The notes under the pieces are model-generated. The model was not told the origin of the DNA. It ran no database searches and saw only the letters and a list, made by a program, of their open reading frames with translations. The position numbers were made by a program, and so were the translations under genes. A DNA stretch of 63,416 nt, counting the filler, from Octopus bimaculoides (Eukaryota), in NCBI RefSeq assembly GCF_001194135.2. It is 3 parts of 3 records of this genome, joined end to end, with 100 filler letters (N's around TTAATTAATTAA, not from the genome) between each part and the next. Parts side by side here need not be neighbours in the genome. Positions count along the whole stretch, not along the records: positions 1 to 27,727 come from NC_069005.1; 2 more parts are not named here. One strand, written 5' to 3'. This document shows, piece after piece, positions 1-11,885 of this stretch. Positions within the stretch are counted from its first letter, which is position 1, and the number at the start of each line of letters is the position of its first letter.

Positions 1-154
1 TTTTTTGACTAAAACACAACTGGAACCCTAAGTAAGGCATGTGTAAAATTTGAATGAAATTGGTTGCGTAGTTCTCGAGTTTTAGGGATTCACACAGACA
101 GACAGACAGACAGACAGACACACATTCTCATTTTTATATATATATATATATAGA
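1..154 (-). mobile_element. 5' end of a non-autonomous Helitron-like element
   Basis: Minus strand reads A|TCTATATATA...AAAAATGAGAATGTGTGTCTGTCTGTCTG...CCAATTTCATTCAAATTTTACACATG. The TC start after an A, then (TA)n and (CTGT)n, is the usual layout of animal non-autonomous Helitron 5' ends. Confidence 0.55.
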
Positions 155-213
155 TATATATATATATATAAGTCAGTAAATAGTGGGGTTGTGTTAACCG
201 TACGTGGAGTATA

Positions 214-1465
214 TTAGGTCATCCTATAAATAATGCAGTGATTTCAATTGCATGAACTAAAAGTCGGAGGACAGGATAAACTACCTGCAAAACTTGCTAT
301 AAAAGCAGGTAGTAATTTGACCTTGTCCTTATTCTTAGTGCAAGTTTTGAGAAGTGCAGTTCGATTTTAACAGTTATTTTTTCAAAGCAATAATGGAAGT
401 GACAAAGGAGCTTACTCGGTATATTTTGCTTTATGAGTTCAATAAAGACAACAACGCAACTGAAAGTGAGAGGAATATTAATGCAATATATGGGGATCGG
501 GCAATAAGCGTAAGATAGTGTCAGCGGTGGTTCCAGAAATTCCGAGCCGGAAATTACATTCTAGAAGACGAGCCTTGTCCTGGAAGATCTGTAGAGCTTG
601 ACGAGGACTCCTGCAAACCCTAGTGGAACAAAATCCCATCGTAACTGTTGAGGAACTAGCAGAGAAGCTTGGATTTGGTCATTCAACCATTCATCGACAC
701 CTGCGTGCCATCGGAAAAGTCAGTAAATTTGGTCAATGGGTTCCTCACAAACATTCCGAGTCTAATCGCGCGCAGAGAGTGAATGTGTGCTCTTCATTGT
801 CTTCACACGTGAACTTTTTTTGGACCGAATAGTGACTGGTGACGAGAAATGGTTTCTCTATAAAAATGTCAAGCGTCGAAGACAGTGTGTATGGAAAGGA
901 GAAACACTGGCACCCCTGGCTAAAGAAGATCTTCACCCACGTATGGTGTTGTTATCTGTTTGGTGGGATACGAAAGGTTTAGTCCACTTTGAACTTTTAA
1001 ACCTAAGTCAAACGATAACAAAGGAGATCTATCGCGAGCAGCTTGCGCGGTTTAAGTCTGCGCTAGAAGAAAAACGACCAAATTTGGTTTGAAGACAAAA
1101 AGTGTTCTTCCATTAGGATAATGCTCGGCCACATACAGCGAGGATGACATTCCAAAGGCTGGACAAGTTTGAACGGGAAACGATTCCCCCATCCACCATA
1201 TTCACTGGACTGATTATCATTTATTCTGTAGTCTTCAAAATCATTTGGACGTAAAAGATATTAATCCAGTAGACGAGGTCAGAAGAGTAATGGAGGAGTA
1301 TTTTTCATCACACACAAATAAATTTTGGAAGAGGTACCTTGCAAGTCTACCAGATAGATGGAAGAGCGTTGTGGAAAGTGAAGAATATATTTTAGATTAA
1401 AAAAGGACTTTGTTTATCTTAATTTAGAAAAATAAAAGAAGTATAAAAAAAACTGCGTTATTTAT
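214..1465 (+). mobile_element. mariner (DD34D-type) DNA transposon, decayed; right TIR cut by a gap
   Basis: TA then left TIR TTAGGTCATCCTATAAATAATGCAGT at 214. Its partial reverse complement AACTGCGTTATTTAT lies at 1451-1465. A transposase relic lies between them. Confidence 0.93.
393..1400 (+). pseudogene. mariner transposase pseudogene
   Basis: Reading across frameshifts and stops: MEVTKELTRYILLYEFNK...CQRWFQKFRAGNY...QWVPHK...IVTGDEKW...SVWWDTKG...FH*DNARPHTA...HPPYS..DYHLF...YILD*. The WVPH and YSPD-like mariner motifs are present. Confidence 0.93.
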
Positions 1466-1709
1466 NNNNNNNNNNNNNNNNNNNNNNNNNNNNNNNNNNN
1501 NNNNNNNNNNNNNNNNNNNNNNNNNNNNNNNNNNNNNNNNNNNNNNNNNNNNNNNNNNNNNNNNNNNNNNNNNNNNNNNNNNNNNNNNNNNNNNNNNNNN
1601 NNNNNNNNNNNNNNNNNNNNNNNNNNNNNNNNNNNNNNNNNNNNNNNNNNNNNNNNNNNNNNNNNNNNNNNNNNNNNNNNNNNNNNNNNNNNNNNNNNNN
1701 NNNNNNNNN

Positions 1710-1985
1710 GTTACGACGACAATGGTTCCAATTGATCCGATCAACGGAACAGCCTGCACGTGAAATTAATGTGCAAGTGGCTGAGCACTCCACAGACACA
1801 CGTACCCTTATCGTAGGTCTCAGGGAGAATCAGCGTGACACAGAATGGGACAAGGCTAGCCCCTTGAAATACAGGTACAACTCATTTTTGCCAGTTGAGT
1901 GGATTGGAACCATGCCGCCGGTAATCGAATCCATAAACTTGCGTTCGTGAGCCGAATACCTAAAACCACTAAGTCATGCGCGTGC
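1710..1985 (-). mobile_element. tRNA-derived SINE (family C), internally deleted
   Basis: Reverse complement begins GCGCATGACTTAGTGGTTTTAGGTATTCGGCTCACG (A-box) followed by a B-box-like GATTCGATTACC. The body is shared with copies at 34750, 42230 and 49280. Confidence 0.7.
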
Positions 1986-2257
1986 TTATGTCAGCGCCTG
2001 TGTAAATGTGTGCATGTATTTGTATGTATATATGAATAAGTGTATGTGTGAATATGTGAGTAGACATACAGGTAAATGGCAAACGTGAAAAGAGAGAGAG
2101 AGAGAAAGAAAGAGAAACAGACAAACAGAGAAAGAGAGACAGAGAGACAGAGAGACAGAGACAGGGACTGAATGAGAAACACAGAACAAGTGAACATATT
2201 CATTTGCGCGTGGCGTCTGTATTAAAACTAAGCTTAGTAACATAGTTCCATACTCAC

Positions 2258-2357
2258 CGAGATGCTCGGGCGCCTGACACAGTCCGAGGTTGAGCGATGC
2301 TAAAAGCATCAGAGAAGCTATGTAACAGAGTCTGGATATCATCCTTAGTTCTTGCAT
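2258..2357 (-). CDS. First coding exon segment of an unidentified secreted or membrane protein (signal peptide)
   Basis: AAAC-ATG context. 33 codons MQELRMISRLCYIASLMLLASLNLGLCQAPEHL plus 1 nt: basic n-region, hydrophobic core, likely GLC|Q cleavage. Ends at a consensus donor CTCG|GTGAGTA (2258/2257), phase 1. Confidence 0.72.
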
Positions 2358-2690
2358 GTTTAGCAAAGAGAAAAAGAGATCGTTTTCTACTTTGCTTTGA
2401 TAACAGTTTTGGCTGTCGTCGTGGTCGTGTTAGCTTGGACCACTGTCGTCGCCGAACTCGTCGTTTTTATCCCTACCGTCGCCGACGTCATGGTCGCCGC
2501 CACCGCCAACGTTGGCGTGAATGCCTCTCGTTCTTATTGTTCTGATTATTGCTATTGTTGTAATTGCTATTGTTGGTGTTGTTGTTGTCGTGGTGGTGGT
2601 GGTTGCGGTGGGGAAGGCGTTGATTGTTCTTTGCCCACTTCTTCACTCTCGCTCCTATTTCGGTTTCCTCCTCCTCCACCTCCAATCACA
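2358..2690 (-). other. 5'-UTR part of the same exon (exon 2690-2258)
   Basis: Strong acceptor AAACTTTCTCTCTTGCAG|TGTG at 2691/2690. All three frames are closed before the ATG at 2357. Contains a 34-aa uORF at 2491-2387. Confidence 0.65.
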
Positions 2691-2729
2691 CTGCAAGAGA
2701 GAAAGTTTAAAATTTAATCAAACACACAT

Positions 2730-2734
2730 TTCCC

Positions 2735-2782
<48 letters not shown>

Positions 2783-3183
2783 TCTTTCTCTACCTCTCTC
2801 TCCCTCGCTCTGTAATGGTATTCCTTTACTTCTCTATTTCTCTCAGCCTCAACTCTTCTCTTTCTTTCCTATCTCTACTGTTCTTTCCTTTCTCTTTCCT
2901 TCTTTCTTTCTATCTTTTCTCTTTCCTTCTTTCTTTCTTTCTTTCCTTCTTTCTTTCTTTCTTTCTTTCTTTCCTTCTTTCTTTCTTTCTTTCTTTTCTC
3001 TTTCCTTCTTTCTTTCTGTCTTCCTTTCTTTCTTACTTTCTTTCTTTCTTTTCTCTTTCCTTCTTTCTTTCCTTCTTTCTTTCTTACTTTCTTTCTTTTC
3101 TCTTTCCTTCTTTCTTTCCTTCTTTCTTTCTTACTTTCTTTCTTTCTTTCTTTCTTTTCTCTTTCCCTCTTTCTTTCTTTCCT

Positions 3184-3214
<31 letters not shown>

Positions 3215-3745
3215 TCCTTCTTTCTTTCTTCCTTTCTTTTCTCTTTCCTTCTTTCTTTCTTCCTTTCTTTTCTCTTTCCTTCTTTCTTTCTTTCTTTCTT
3301 TCTGTCTTTCTTTCTTTCTTTCTTACTTTCTTTCTTTCTTTCTTACTTTCTTTCTTTCTTTCCTTCTTTCTTTCTTTCTTTCTTACTTTCTTTCTTTCTT
3401 TCTTTTCTCTTTCATTCTTTCTTTCTTCCTTTCTTTCTTTCTTTCTTTTCTCTTTCCTTCTTTCTTTCTTTCTTTCTGTCTTTCTTTCTTTCTTACTTTC
3501 TTTCTTCCTTACTTTCTTTCTTTCTTTTCTCTTTCCTTCCTTCTTTCTTCCTTTCTTTCTTCTTTCTTTCTTTCTTCCTTTCTTTCTTCTTTCTTTCTTT
3601 CTTTCTCTACTACCTCTCTTTCTGGCGTGACTTCTTTCTTTATCTCTCTCCACTTCTCTCGTTCTTTTTCTCTCCCCTCTCTCCCCTCTCTCTCTCCCCT
3701 CTCTCACCCTCTCCTCTTTCTTCCTCTCTCTCTCTCCCCCTCACT
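2730..3745. repeat. ~1 kb polypyrimidine/polypurine tract: (CT)n and degenerate (CTTT)n
   Basis: Read directly from the sequence; it accounts for the F/L/S and K/E/R pseudo-ORFs. Confidence 0.97.
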
Positions 3746-4243
3746 CACTCTGACGCAAACATACACAAAACACACATATACACCTCGTGGTTATGTGAAT
3801 GCATGTGCTTAAGTCTACGTGATTATATGTAATTATATATATATATGTATGTGTGTATGTGTGTGTATGTGTGTATGTGTGTATGTAAGGTTATTGACTT
3901 GTAGTTGTTGATTCGCTGTTACAGTAATTAACAGTAATAATAGTAATAATAATTACAATGGTGGTAATGTTCTTCAAGCTCCAGGTCAGGCCTGGTTGCA
4001 CACACTGATGATCAAATCTCTTCCATCTGTGGCCATCCCCCCCCCTTTTATTTTAGTTTATTTTATTTTATTTACTCTACTTTATAAAATATGGTCTTCT
4101 TATTTTCCAAGCCGGGAGGATCTGATTTACAGAAACACGGCTGCTACTTCTAGCAGACTGGATGCCTAAGGGAATAGCATCCTATTTTTTTAATATTGGT
4201 GAAGGTGGGGTGAGTCCTATTGGAGGTGATGGTCATGGACGTG

Positions 4244-4302
<59 letters not shown>

Positions 4303-4974
4303 GGTGGTGGTGGTGGTGGTGGTGGTTCTGGTGGTGGTCGTCGTCNNNNNNNNNNNNNNNNNNNNNNNNNNNNNNNNNNNNNNNNNNNNNNNNNNNNNNN
4401 NNNNNNNNNNNNNNNNNNNNNNNNNNNNNNNNNNNNNNNNNNNNNNNNNNNNNNNNNNNNNNNNNNNNNNNNNNNNNNNNNNNNNNNNNNNNNNNNNNNN
4501 NNNNNNNNNNNNNNNNNNNNNNNNNNNNNNNNNNNNNNNNNNNNNNNNNNNNNNNNNNNNNNNNNNNNNNNNNNNNNNNNNNNNNNNNNNNNNNNNNNNN
4601 NNNNNNNNNNNNNNNNNNNNNNNNNNNNNNNNNNNNNNNNNNNNNNNNNNNNNNNNNNNNNNNNNNNNNNNNNNNNNNNNNNNNNNNNNNNNNNNNNNNN
4701 NNNNNNNNNNNNNNNNNNNNNNNNNNNNNNNNNNNNNNNNNNNNNNNNNNNNNNNNNNNNNNNNNNNNNNNNNNNNNNNNNNNNNNNNNNNNNNNNNNNN
4801 NNNNNNNNNNNNNNNNNNNNNNNNNNNNNNNNNNNNNNNNNNNNNNNNNNNNNNNNNNNNNNNNNNNNNNNNNNNNNNNNNNNNNNNNNNNNNNNNNNNN
4901 NNNNNNNNNNNNNNNNNNNNNNNNNNNNNNNNNNNNNNNNNNNNNNNNNNNNNNNNNNNNNNNNNNNNNNNNNA

Positions 4975-5305
4975 GAGAGAGACAGAAAGAGAAAGAGAGA
5001 GACAGAAAGAGAAAGAGAGAGACAGAAAGAGAAAGAGAAAGAGAAAGAGAAAGAGAGAGAGAGAAAGAGAGAGAGAGAGACAGAAAGAGAGAGAGAGACA
5101 GAAAGAGAAAGAGAGAGACAGAAAGAGAAAGAGAGAGACAGAAAGAGAAAGAGAAAGAGAAAGAGAGAGAGAGAAAGAGAGAGAGACAGACAGAAAGAGA
5201 GAGAGAGACAGAAAGAGAAAGAGAGAGAGAAAGACAGAAAGAGAAAGAGAGAGACAGAAAGAGAAAGACAGAAAGAGAAAGAGAGAGACAGAAAGAGAAA
5301 GAGGA
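4975..5305. repeat. (GA)n/(GACAGAAA) compound purine microsatellite
   Basis: Read directly from the sequence. Confidence 0.95.
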
Positions 5306-5320
5306 AATGAAACAGTATGA

Positions 5321-5355
<35 letters not shown>

Positions 5356-6638
5356 TGTGTGTAATAAAGATACAGGGTAAAAAGAAATGAATGGTATTGA
5401 ATACGAAAATACAGAGGTGAAAATAGTGTGTGTGTGTGTGTGTGTGTGAGATAAAGAAAGAATGAAAGTGTATGTAGCTGTATGGCTTGTTTGTGTATGT
5501 GGTTATATAATATGTAAGTTCCTCTGTGTGTTCCTCTTGTATGTCCAAGGTGATTTTTGAGCGTTTGTATATATGCATATGTAGTTGTATTCCTGTCCGT
5601 CAGCGTTTGTACATTTGTTTGTGTAAGTTATGTATGTGTATGTGGTTGTTTGTGTGTACGTCTGTGTATATGTGTGTGTGTGGTTAAGTTTGTGCGTGAG
5701 TATGTTTGTGTGTATAAAGTTTGTGTGCGCGTGATTAAATTGTGCGTGGTTATGCGTGTCTGTTTGCTTGTATGTATGTATGTAGGTAGGTACATCGTGT
5801 TTCTGCGTGTGTTTGTACAATATCTTTGTGTATATCTCTTTATGTATATGTTTTATGTGTGTATGGTTATATGTGAGTTTATTGAAGAATATGTTCATAT
5901 CATATCTGTATGAATACATGTGACAGAGCGGGAGGGATAGAAGTGGGTGAGGTTGAAGACAAAAGAAAAAAAAGGATATTAGAATGTGTATATGTATGTG
6001 TGTATGCGTGCACATGTGTGTTGATGTGTGTGCGTGAGAGAGAGACTGTATCTTTTTATCTTTTACTTGTTTCACTCATTAGACCTCAGTACTTATTTTT
6101 TAAGCCTGGTACTTACTCTATCGCACACTTTTGCTGAACCGCTAAGTTAGAATATAGTTTTTTTCATTCGAAAAATATGCTGTTTTTAAAAGACAGTAAA
6201 AGAAATCTGAAAATTGGCTATAATACTAAAGTTTTCCAGTCTAATTGTTATGAAGGTATGATGTGGTGGAGAAAAAAATTGGAGGAAAAAGTTGCAGAGG
6301 TTTAAATCGAAAAAACTGTACTTATAGCCAATAGCGAGTCAGAAATTTTCTGCGTTTAGCGGAGGGGGTGTCAACTTTAAGGTTGTACCCTGTGAAATTT
6401 ATAGTTTAGCGTCTGTAAAAAGACCTCTTCATTGTAGGTTTCTAAATAAACAGAAATACTTAATAAAATTAACATGTATCATCTTACTGTTTCTTTTTTC
6501 TCGTCATTGATTGTATGGTTTTATTATTTTTTTTTTAATTTGTAATATTAATATATTTGTCAGCATGTATTTACTTTATGCGTATTTCAGTATTATGATT
6601 ACCTATCATGTGTACATCATTAATATATAAGTGTGTGC

Positions 6639-6695
<57 letters not shown>

Positions 6696-7095
6696 CGTGT
6701 GTGTGAAAAAGGGACGTTTGTCTCCAAAACTTCAAAGTTAAGTAACGCTTTTATGCTTGAATTTGTAAACTACGATAAGAATAACACTGGTCAACAAAGA
6801 ATTTGTCCCAAGAAAGAGGATACCTGTATCTTCTATGTTTTTGTATGCAGTATTCAAAAATAATGTCAAATCATCTATTCTAAGTTCACATATTCCATTC
6901 ACCTTCATAATGCCAAGTAACTGTATAAACATCGCAAACAACTTTTGCTATATAGCCGAGCGGTAGTACCCAATAAATACATACACAAAAAACACACTTA
7001 GATACACACATACACACACACGCACATACGCACGCACGCACACGCACGCACGCACGCACGCACGCACGCACACATGCACACATACACGCGCACAC

Positions 7096-7143
<48 letters not shown>

Positions 7144-7465
7144 TACTAAGCGGGCAGTTGCACATTCCAGGTTGCTAGTATATACAGGGTTGATCAAAAG
7201 TAACCTGACAGTAAATCAAAACCACTGGAAATGGTTGCGTGGCGTTCAATCATATAATGATATAATCAATATATATATATATGTATGTATGTATATAATG
7301 TATATATATATATATATATATATNNNNNNNNNNNNNNNNNNNNNNNNNNNNNNNNNNNNNNNNNNNNNNNNNNNNNNNNNNNNNNNNNNNNNNNNNNNNN
7401 NNNNNNNNNNNNNNNNNNNNNNNACGGTGTGGGCTTGCTTCTCCAGGTGCCGAGCAGCAAACCCA

Positions 7466-7540
7466 CCGACTTAGATAGATAGATAGATGCATACATACAT
7501 GCATACATACATAGACAGACAGACAGGCAGACAGGCAGAC

Positions 7541-7620
<80 letters not shown>

Positions 7621-7648
7621 TCTGTGTGTGTGTGTGAGAGAGAGAGAG

Positions 7649-7735
<87 letters not shown>

Positions 7736-7790
7736 AAAAGAAGGAGACAGAAAGAAAGAGAGAGAGAAAGAGAGAGAGAAAGAGAAGGAG
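7466..7790. repeat. Compound (GATA)n/(GACA)n/(GAAA)n microsatellite
   Basis: Read directly from the sequence. Confidence 0.95.
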
Positions 7791-8142
7791 ACAGAAAAGT
7801 AATTGTGTACAAATTCTATGTATTGAGATTAATTTTAATCTCCCAAACTCCTTGCCCTTTCACAAAGAAAGCATTACACAAACCCAAACTCAGTTTATAT
7901 TTGTGAGGTTCATTTTCGTGTTTCGTTGTGTTTTCCTTATGTCCGCTAAACGTGTCACGACCAATCCTGTCTCATCTTTGTCTATTCCTCTTTTGTGTGT
8001 TCCTCAAAACATCCTGCTTTCTAAAACCTAGAAGGCAGATATTGTTGGCTCTGCTATATACTATGAACACATTATGGCAGATACCTCCCCACCCACATAC
8101 TCGCGCGACCGCATGTATGTATGTATGTATTCTTTTATTCTT

Positions 8143-8553
8143 TTATTCTTTTACTTGTTTCAGTCATTTGACTGCGGCCATGCTGGAGCACCGCCTTTAG
8201 TCGAATCAAATCGACCCCAGGATTTATTCTTTGTAAGCCTAGTACTTATTCTATCGGTCTCTTTTTGCCGAATCGCTAAGTTACGGGGACCTAAACACAC
8301 CAGCATCGGTTGTCAAGCGATGTTGGGGGGACAAACACAGATACACAACATATACACACATACACATATATATATATATATACATATATACGACGGGCTT
8401 CTTTCAGTTTCCGTCTACCAAATCCTCTCACAAGGCTTTGGTTGGCCCGAGGCTATAGTAGAAGACACTTGCCCAAGGTGCCACGCAGTGGGACTGAACC
8501 CGGAACCATGTGGCTGGTAAGCAAGCTACTTACCACACAGCCACTCCTATATG
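8143..8553 (-). mobile_element. Full-length tRNA-derived SINE (family A, the most abundant family here)
   Basis: Reverse complement: CATATAGGAGTGGCTGTGTGGTAAG (A-box)...GGTTCCGGGTTCAGTCCC (B-box)...internal (TA)/(TG)...GACTGAAACAAGTAAAAGA tail. About 15 copies or fragments occur in the window. Confidence 0.88.
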
Positions 8554-10364
8554 TTCTCTTTCTTATTTTTAAATTTAGAATATCTTGTCTTAACCCTAAC
8601 CCTTTAAATCTTATGAAAGTCTCCCAGATTTTTATTGTCTCAGATATCGTGAGCATTTGTAACATCCTATCTAGGCATGTCTTCCCTTTGAGTTTTATTT
8701 AAATTCTTCTCGAGAGAGTTCAAGCCGATCGCTAACTAAGTGACCTGGCTTTTTGAGTTAAGGGAGTTCCCGGTTTTTGTAAATATGTCGTTGAGTTGGT
8801 TGAGCTGTCGATGCATATGTATGTATTCTTTGCTTTTATTCTCTTACTTGTTTCGGTCATTTTGACTGCGGCCATGCTGAAGCAGCGCCTTAAAGGGGGT
8901 TTTAGTCGAAAAAATCGATCCCAGGACTTATCTTTTGTAAGCCCAAGTTACGGGGACGTAAACGCACCAATATCGGTTATCAATTGATGGTGGGGGACGA
9001 ACACAGACACAAAGTCACACACATAGCCTGCCTGCGCCTATGTATGTATGTCATTATTCAGTTTATTTCAAGATTTCTTGCTAATAGAGAAAGAACCGGT
9101 TTCTTCATTGGTTTTTTCCAAGGCTCCTTCATTAGAATTTCAACATCAACAACAGGGTATTTTTGTTTGTATGTATGTATGTATGTATGTATGTATGTAT
9201 GTATGTATGTATGTATGTACACAATGGACATGAGTTAGAATAAGAACATCATAATAAACGAGTGAAGAACGAATATATAGTGCGCGTGTTTATTTGACAA
9301 AAAAATTGACAGTACCGAAATACAATATATGTGCGTGCGTGTGTGGGTGTGTGGGGTGTGTGGGTGGGGGTGTAATTATATATGTTANNNNNNNNNNNNN
9401 NNNNNNNNNNNNNNNNNNNNNNNNNNNNNNNNNNNNNNNNNNNNNNNNNNNNNNNNNNNNNNNNNNNNNNNNNNNNNNNNNNNNNNNNNNNNNNNNNNNN
9501 NNNNNNNNNNNNNNNNNNNNNNNNNNNNNNNNNNNNNNNNNNNNNNNNNNNNNNNNNNNNNNNNNNNNNNNNNNNNNNNNNNNNNNNNNNNNNNNNNNNN
9601 NNNNNNNNNNNNNNNNNNNNNNNNNNNNNNNNNNNNNNNNNNNNNNNNNNNNNNNNNNNNNNNNNNNNNNNNNNNNNNNNNNNNNNNNNNNNNNNNNNNN
9701 NNNNNNNNNNNNNNNNNNNNNNNNNNNNNNNNNNNNNNNNNNNNNNNNNNNNNNNNNNNNNNNNNNNNNNNNNNNNNNNNNNNNNNNNNNNNNNNNNNNN
9801 NNNNNNNNNNNNNNNNNNNNNNNNNNNNNNNNNNNNNNNNNNNNNNNNNNNNNNNNNNNNNNNNNNNNNNNNNNNNNNNNNNNNNNNNNNNNNNNNNNNN
9901 NNNNNNNNNNNNNNNNNNNNNNNNNNNNNNNNNNNNNNNNNNNNNNNNNNNNNNNNNNNNNNNNNNNNNNNNNNNNNNNNNNNNNNNNNNNNNNNNNNNN
10001 NNNNNNNNNNNNNNNNNNNNNNNNNNNNNNNNNNNNNNNNNNNNNNNNNNNNNNNNNNNNNNNNNNNNNNNNNNNNNNNNNNNNNNNNNNNNNNNNNNNN
10101 NNNNNNNNNNNNNNNNNNNNNNNNNNNNNNNNNNNNNNNNNNNNNNNNNNNNNNNNNNNNNNNNNNNNNNNNNNNNNNNNNNNNNNNNNNNNNNNNNNNN
10201 NNNNNNNNNNNNNNNNNNNNNNNNNNNNNNNNNNNNNNNNNNNNNNNNNNNNNNNNNNNNNNNNNNNNNNNNNNNNNNNNNNNNNNNNNNNNNNNNNNNN
10301 NNNNNNNNNNNNNNNNNNNNNNNNNNNNNNNNNNNNNNNNNNNNNNNNNNNNNNNNNNNNNNNN

Positions 10365-10401
<37 letters not shown>

Positions 10402-10524
10402 ATATATATAACGCATAAACAAAGACTGAAAGATTGCTTTAAGATACGTGGGATATATATAAAATACTCTTGTTCAAATATTATAATAGCTTGAAACTGT
10501 TAATAAATCCGTTAGTTTAATTTG

Positions 10525-10557
<33 letters not shown>

Positions 10558-10569
10558 TGTATGTATGTA

Positions 10570-11635
10570 CTTGCAGTAATACCCGTCGTTGATCGGGTAA
10601 ATACTTTTACTGTTTTTCGGGAGCCACATTCAAAGTATTATCTTATTCTTTACTCCTCCTGTGTGTGTGTATTTTTATAAGAGAAAAATATGTAATAATT
10701 GAAGTAGAAAAAAGATCAATTTCATACATGAACTTCTGTTTGTTTATTATATGATAATAATAAGTGAGTTGTATGTGTTATTTTATTTATCAATACAGTA
10801 ATGGCAATCATATAATATTTATATAAGAGAAAAATATGTAATAATTGAAGTAGAAAAAAGATCAATTTCATACATGAACTTCTGTTTGTTTATTATATGA
10901 TAATATTAAGTGAGTTGTATGTTATTTTTATGTGTCAATACAGTAATGGCAATTTGAATAGGTAATTTACTCATTCTTGAATCTAATGACTATAGTGGTA
11001 AATCAAGTTAAGGAAGTATTCATGTTGCATTAAGAATGAATATTTCTTTATAAACAATGTCTTTTTTTGTTTTGTTTTTTTAATATTTCGCAATGCATAA
11101 GCAAAAAGATTTGATTTTGCTTCTACACATGATACTCCTATATAAAGTTGGCCATGTGTAAAGCATGGTTGTTCAAGTTGCAATCCAGGAATTTTTAGTG
11201 TTTGGCCCTGACTTTTATTAATGCTCATGGCAAAAGAAACTTGGATAGGAAACTGTAACCGCTTAAATTGGAATGGGACATTGGATGGTATAACTGGCAT
11301 GCGAGGAATGAAGACGGTGTCACCTTTACCACAACCAGGGAGAATATTTGCCTCAATGCAGTTCCTCATTGTTAGCATAATTTTGGTTGAGACAGATTAT
11401 GCTAACAATATCCTGATCATCAACAACACTGTCAATTGAGTTATAAGTGAATACTTCGCCCGGAAGTTTATTCAATAGCATATTATTAATGCTATGTACA
11501 GCAACATTTTTTTCGGAGCCAGGATAGCTCGCTCACAGATCCAATCTGTATTGTTGTAATTATGAAGAAGATTAGGAAAAATTTCATCCACCAAATCATC
11601 GACGGAATCAGTTGAATTACATATTAGATTGAGTG
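10570..11635 (-). mobile_element. Helitron 3' remnant with PIF1-like helicase fragment and terminal hairpin
   Basis: Minus frames give ...DWICERAILAP...INNMLLNKLPGEVFTYNSIDSVVDD... and FKRLQFPIQVSFAMSINKSQGQTL...FTHGQLYIGVS (helicase motifs V/VI). Terminal hairpin TACCCG-N8-CGGGTA (10580-10599) is followed by CAAG|T, a variant of CTRR. A ~145-bp internal duplication lies at 10678-10953. Confidence 0.88.
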
Positions 11636-11647
11636 TAAGAAGCGATC

Positions 11648-11885
11648 TGGCGATCTGGCAGAAACGTTAGCACGCCGGGGGAAATGCTTAGTGGTATTTC
11701 GTCTGCCGTTACGTTCCGAGTTCAAATTCCGCTGAGGTCGACTTTGCCTTTCATCCCCTCGGGGTCGATAAATTAAGCACCAGTTACGCACTGGGGTCGA
11801 TGTAATCGACTTAATCCCTTCGTCTGTCCTTGTTTGTCCCCTCTACGTTTAGCCCCTTGTGGGCAATAAAGAAATAAGAAATAAA
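11648..11885 (+). mobile_element. tRNA-derived SINE (family B)
   Basis: CTGGCAGAAACGTTAGCAC (A-box) ... GAGTTCAAATTCC (B-box) ... GGCAATAAAGAAATAA tail. Homologous copies at 30215, 30658, 47450, 56990 and 59578. Confidence 0.85.

Noticed and set aside
2521-5578. Long ORFs of 207-453 aa (F/L/S-rich, K/E/R-rich, X-rich)
   Set aside because: They are translations of (CTTT)n/(GA)n microsatellites and of N gaps. The same applies to all X-containing and YIYI/CVCV/HTHT ORFs in the window.
9053-9165. Conserved-looking peptide MSLFSLFQDFL.IEKEPVS repeated at 41760-41880 (minus strand)
   Set aside because: It is a nucleotide-level interspersed repeat ending in (GTAT)n. The similarity is not codon-patterned as far as can be seen, and the frames close quickly.
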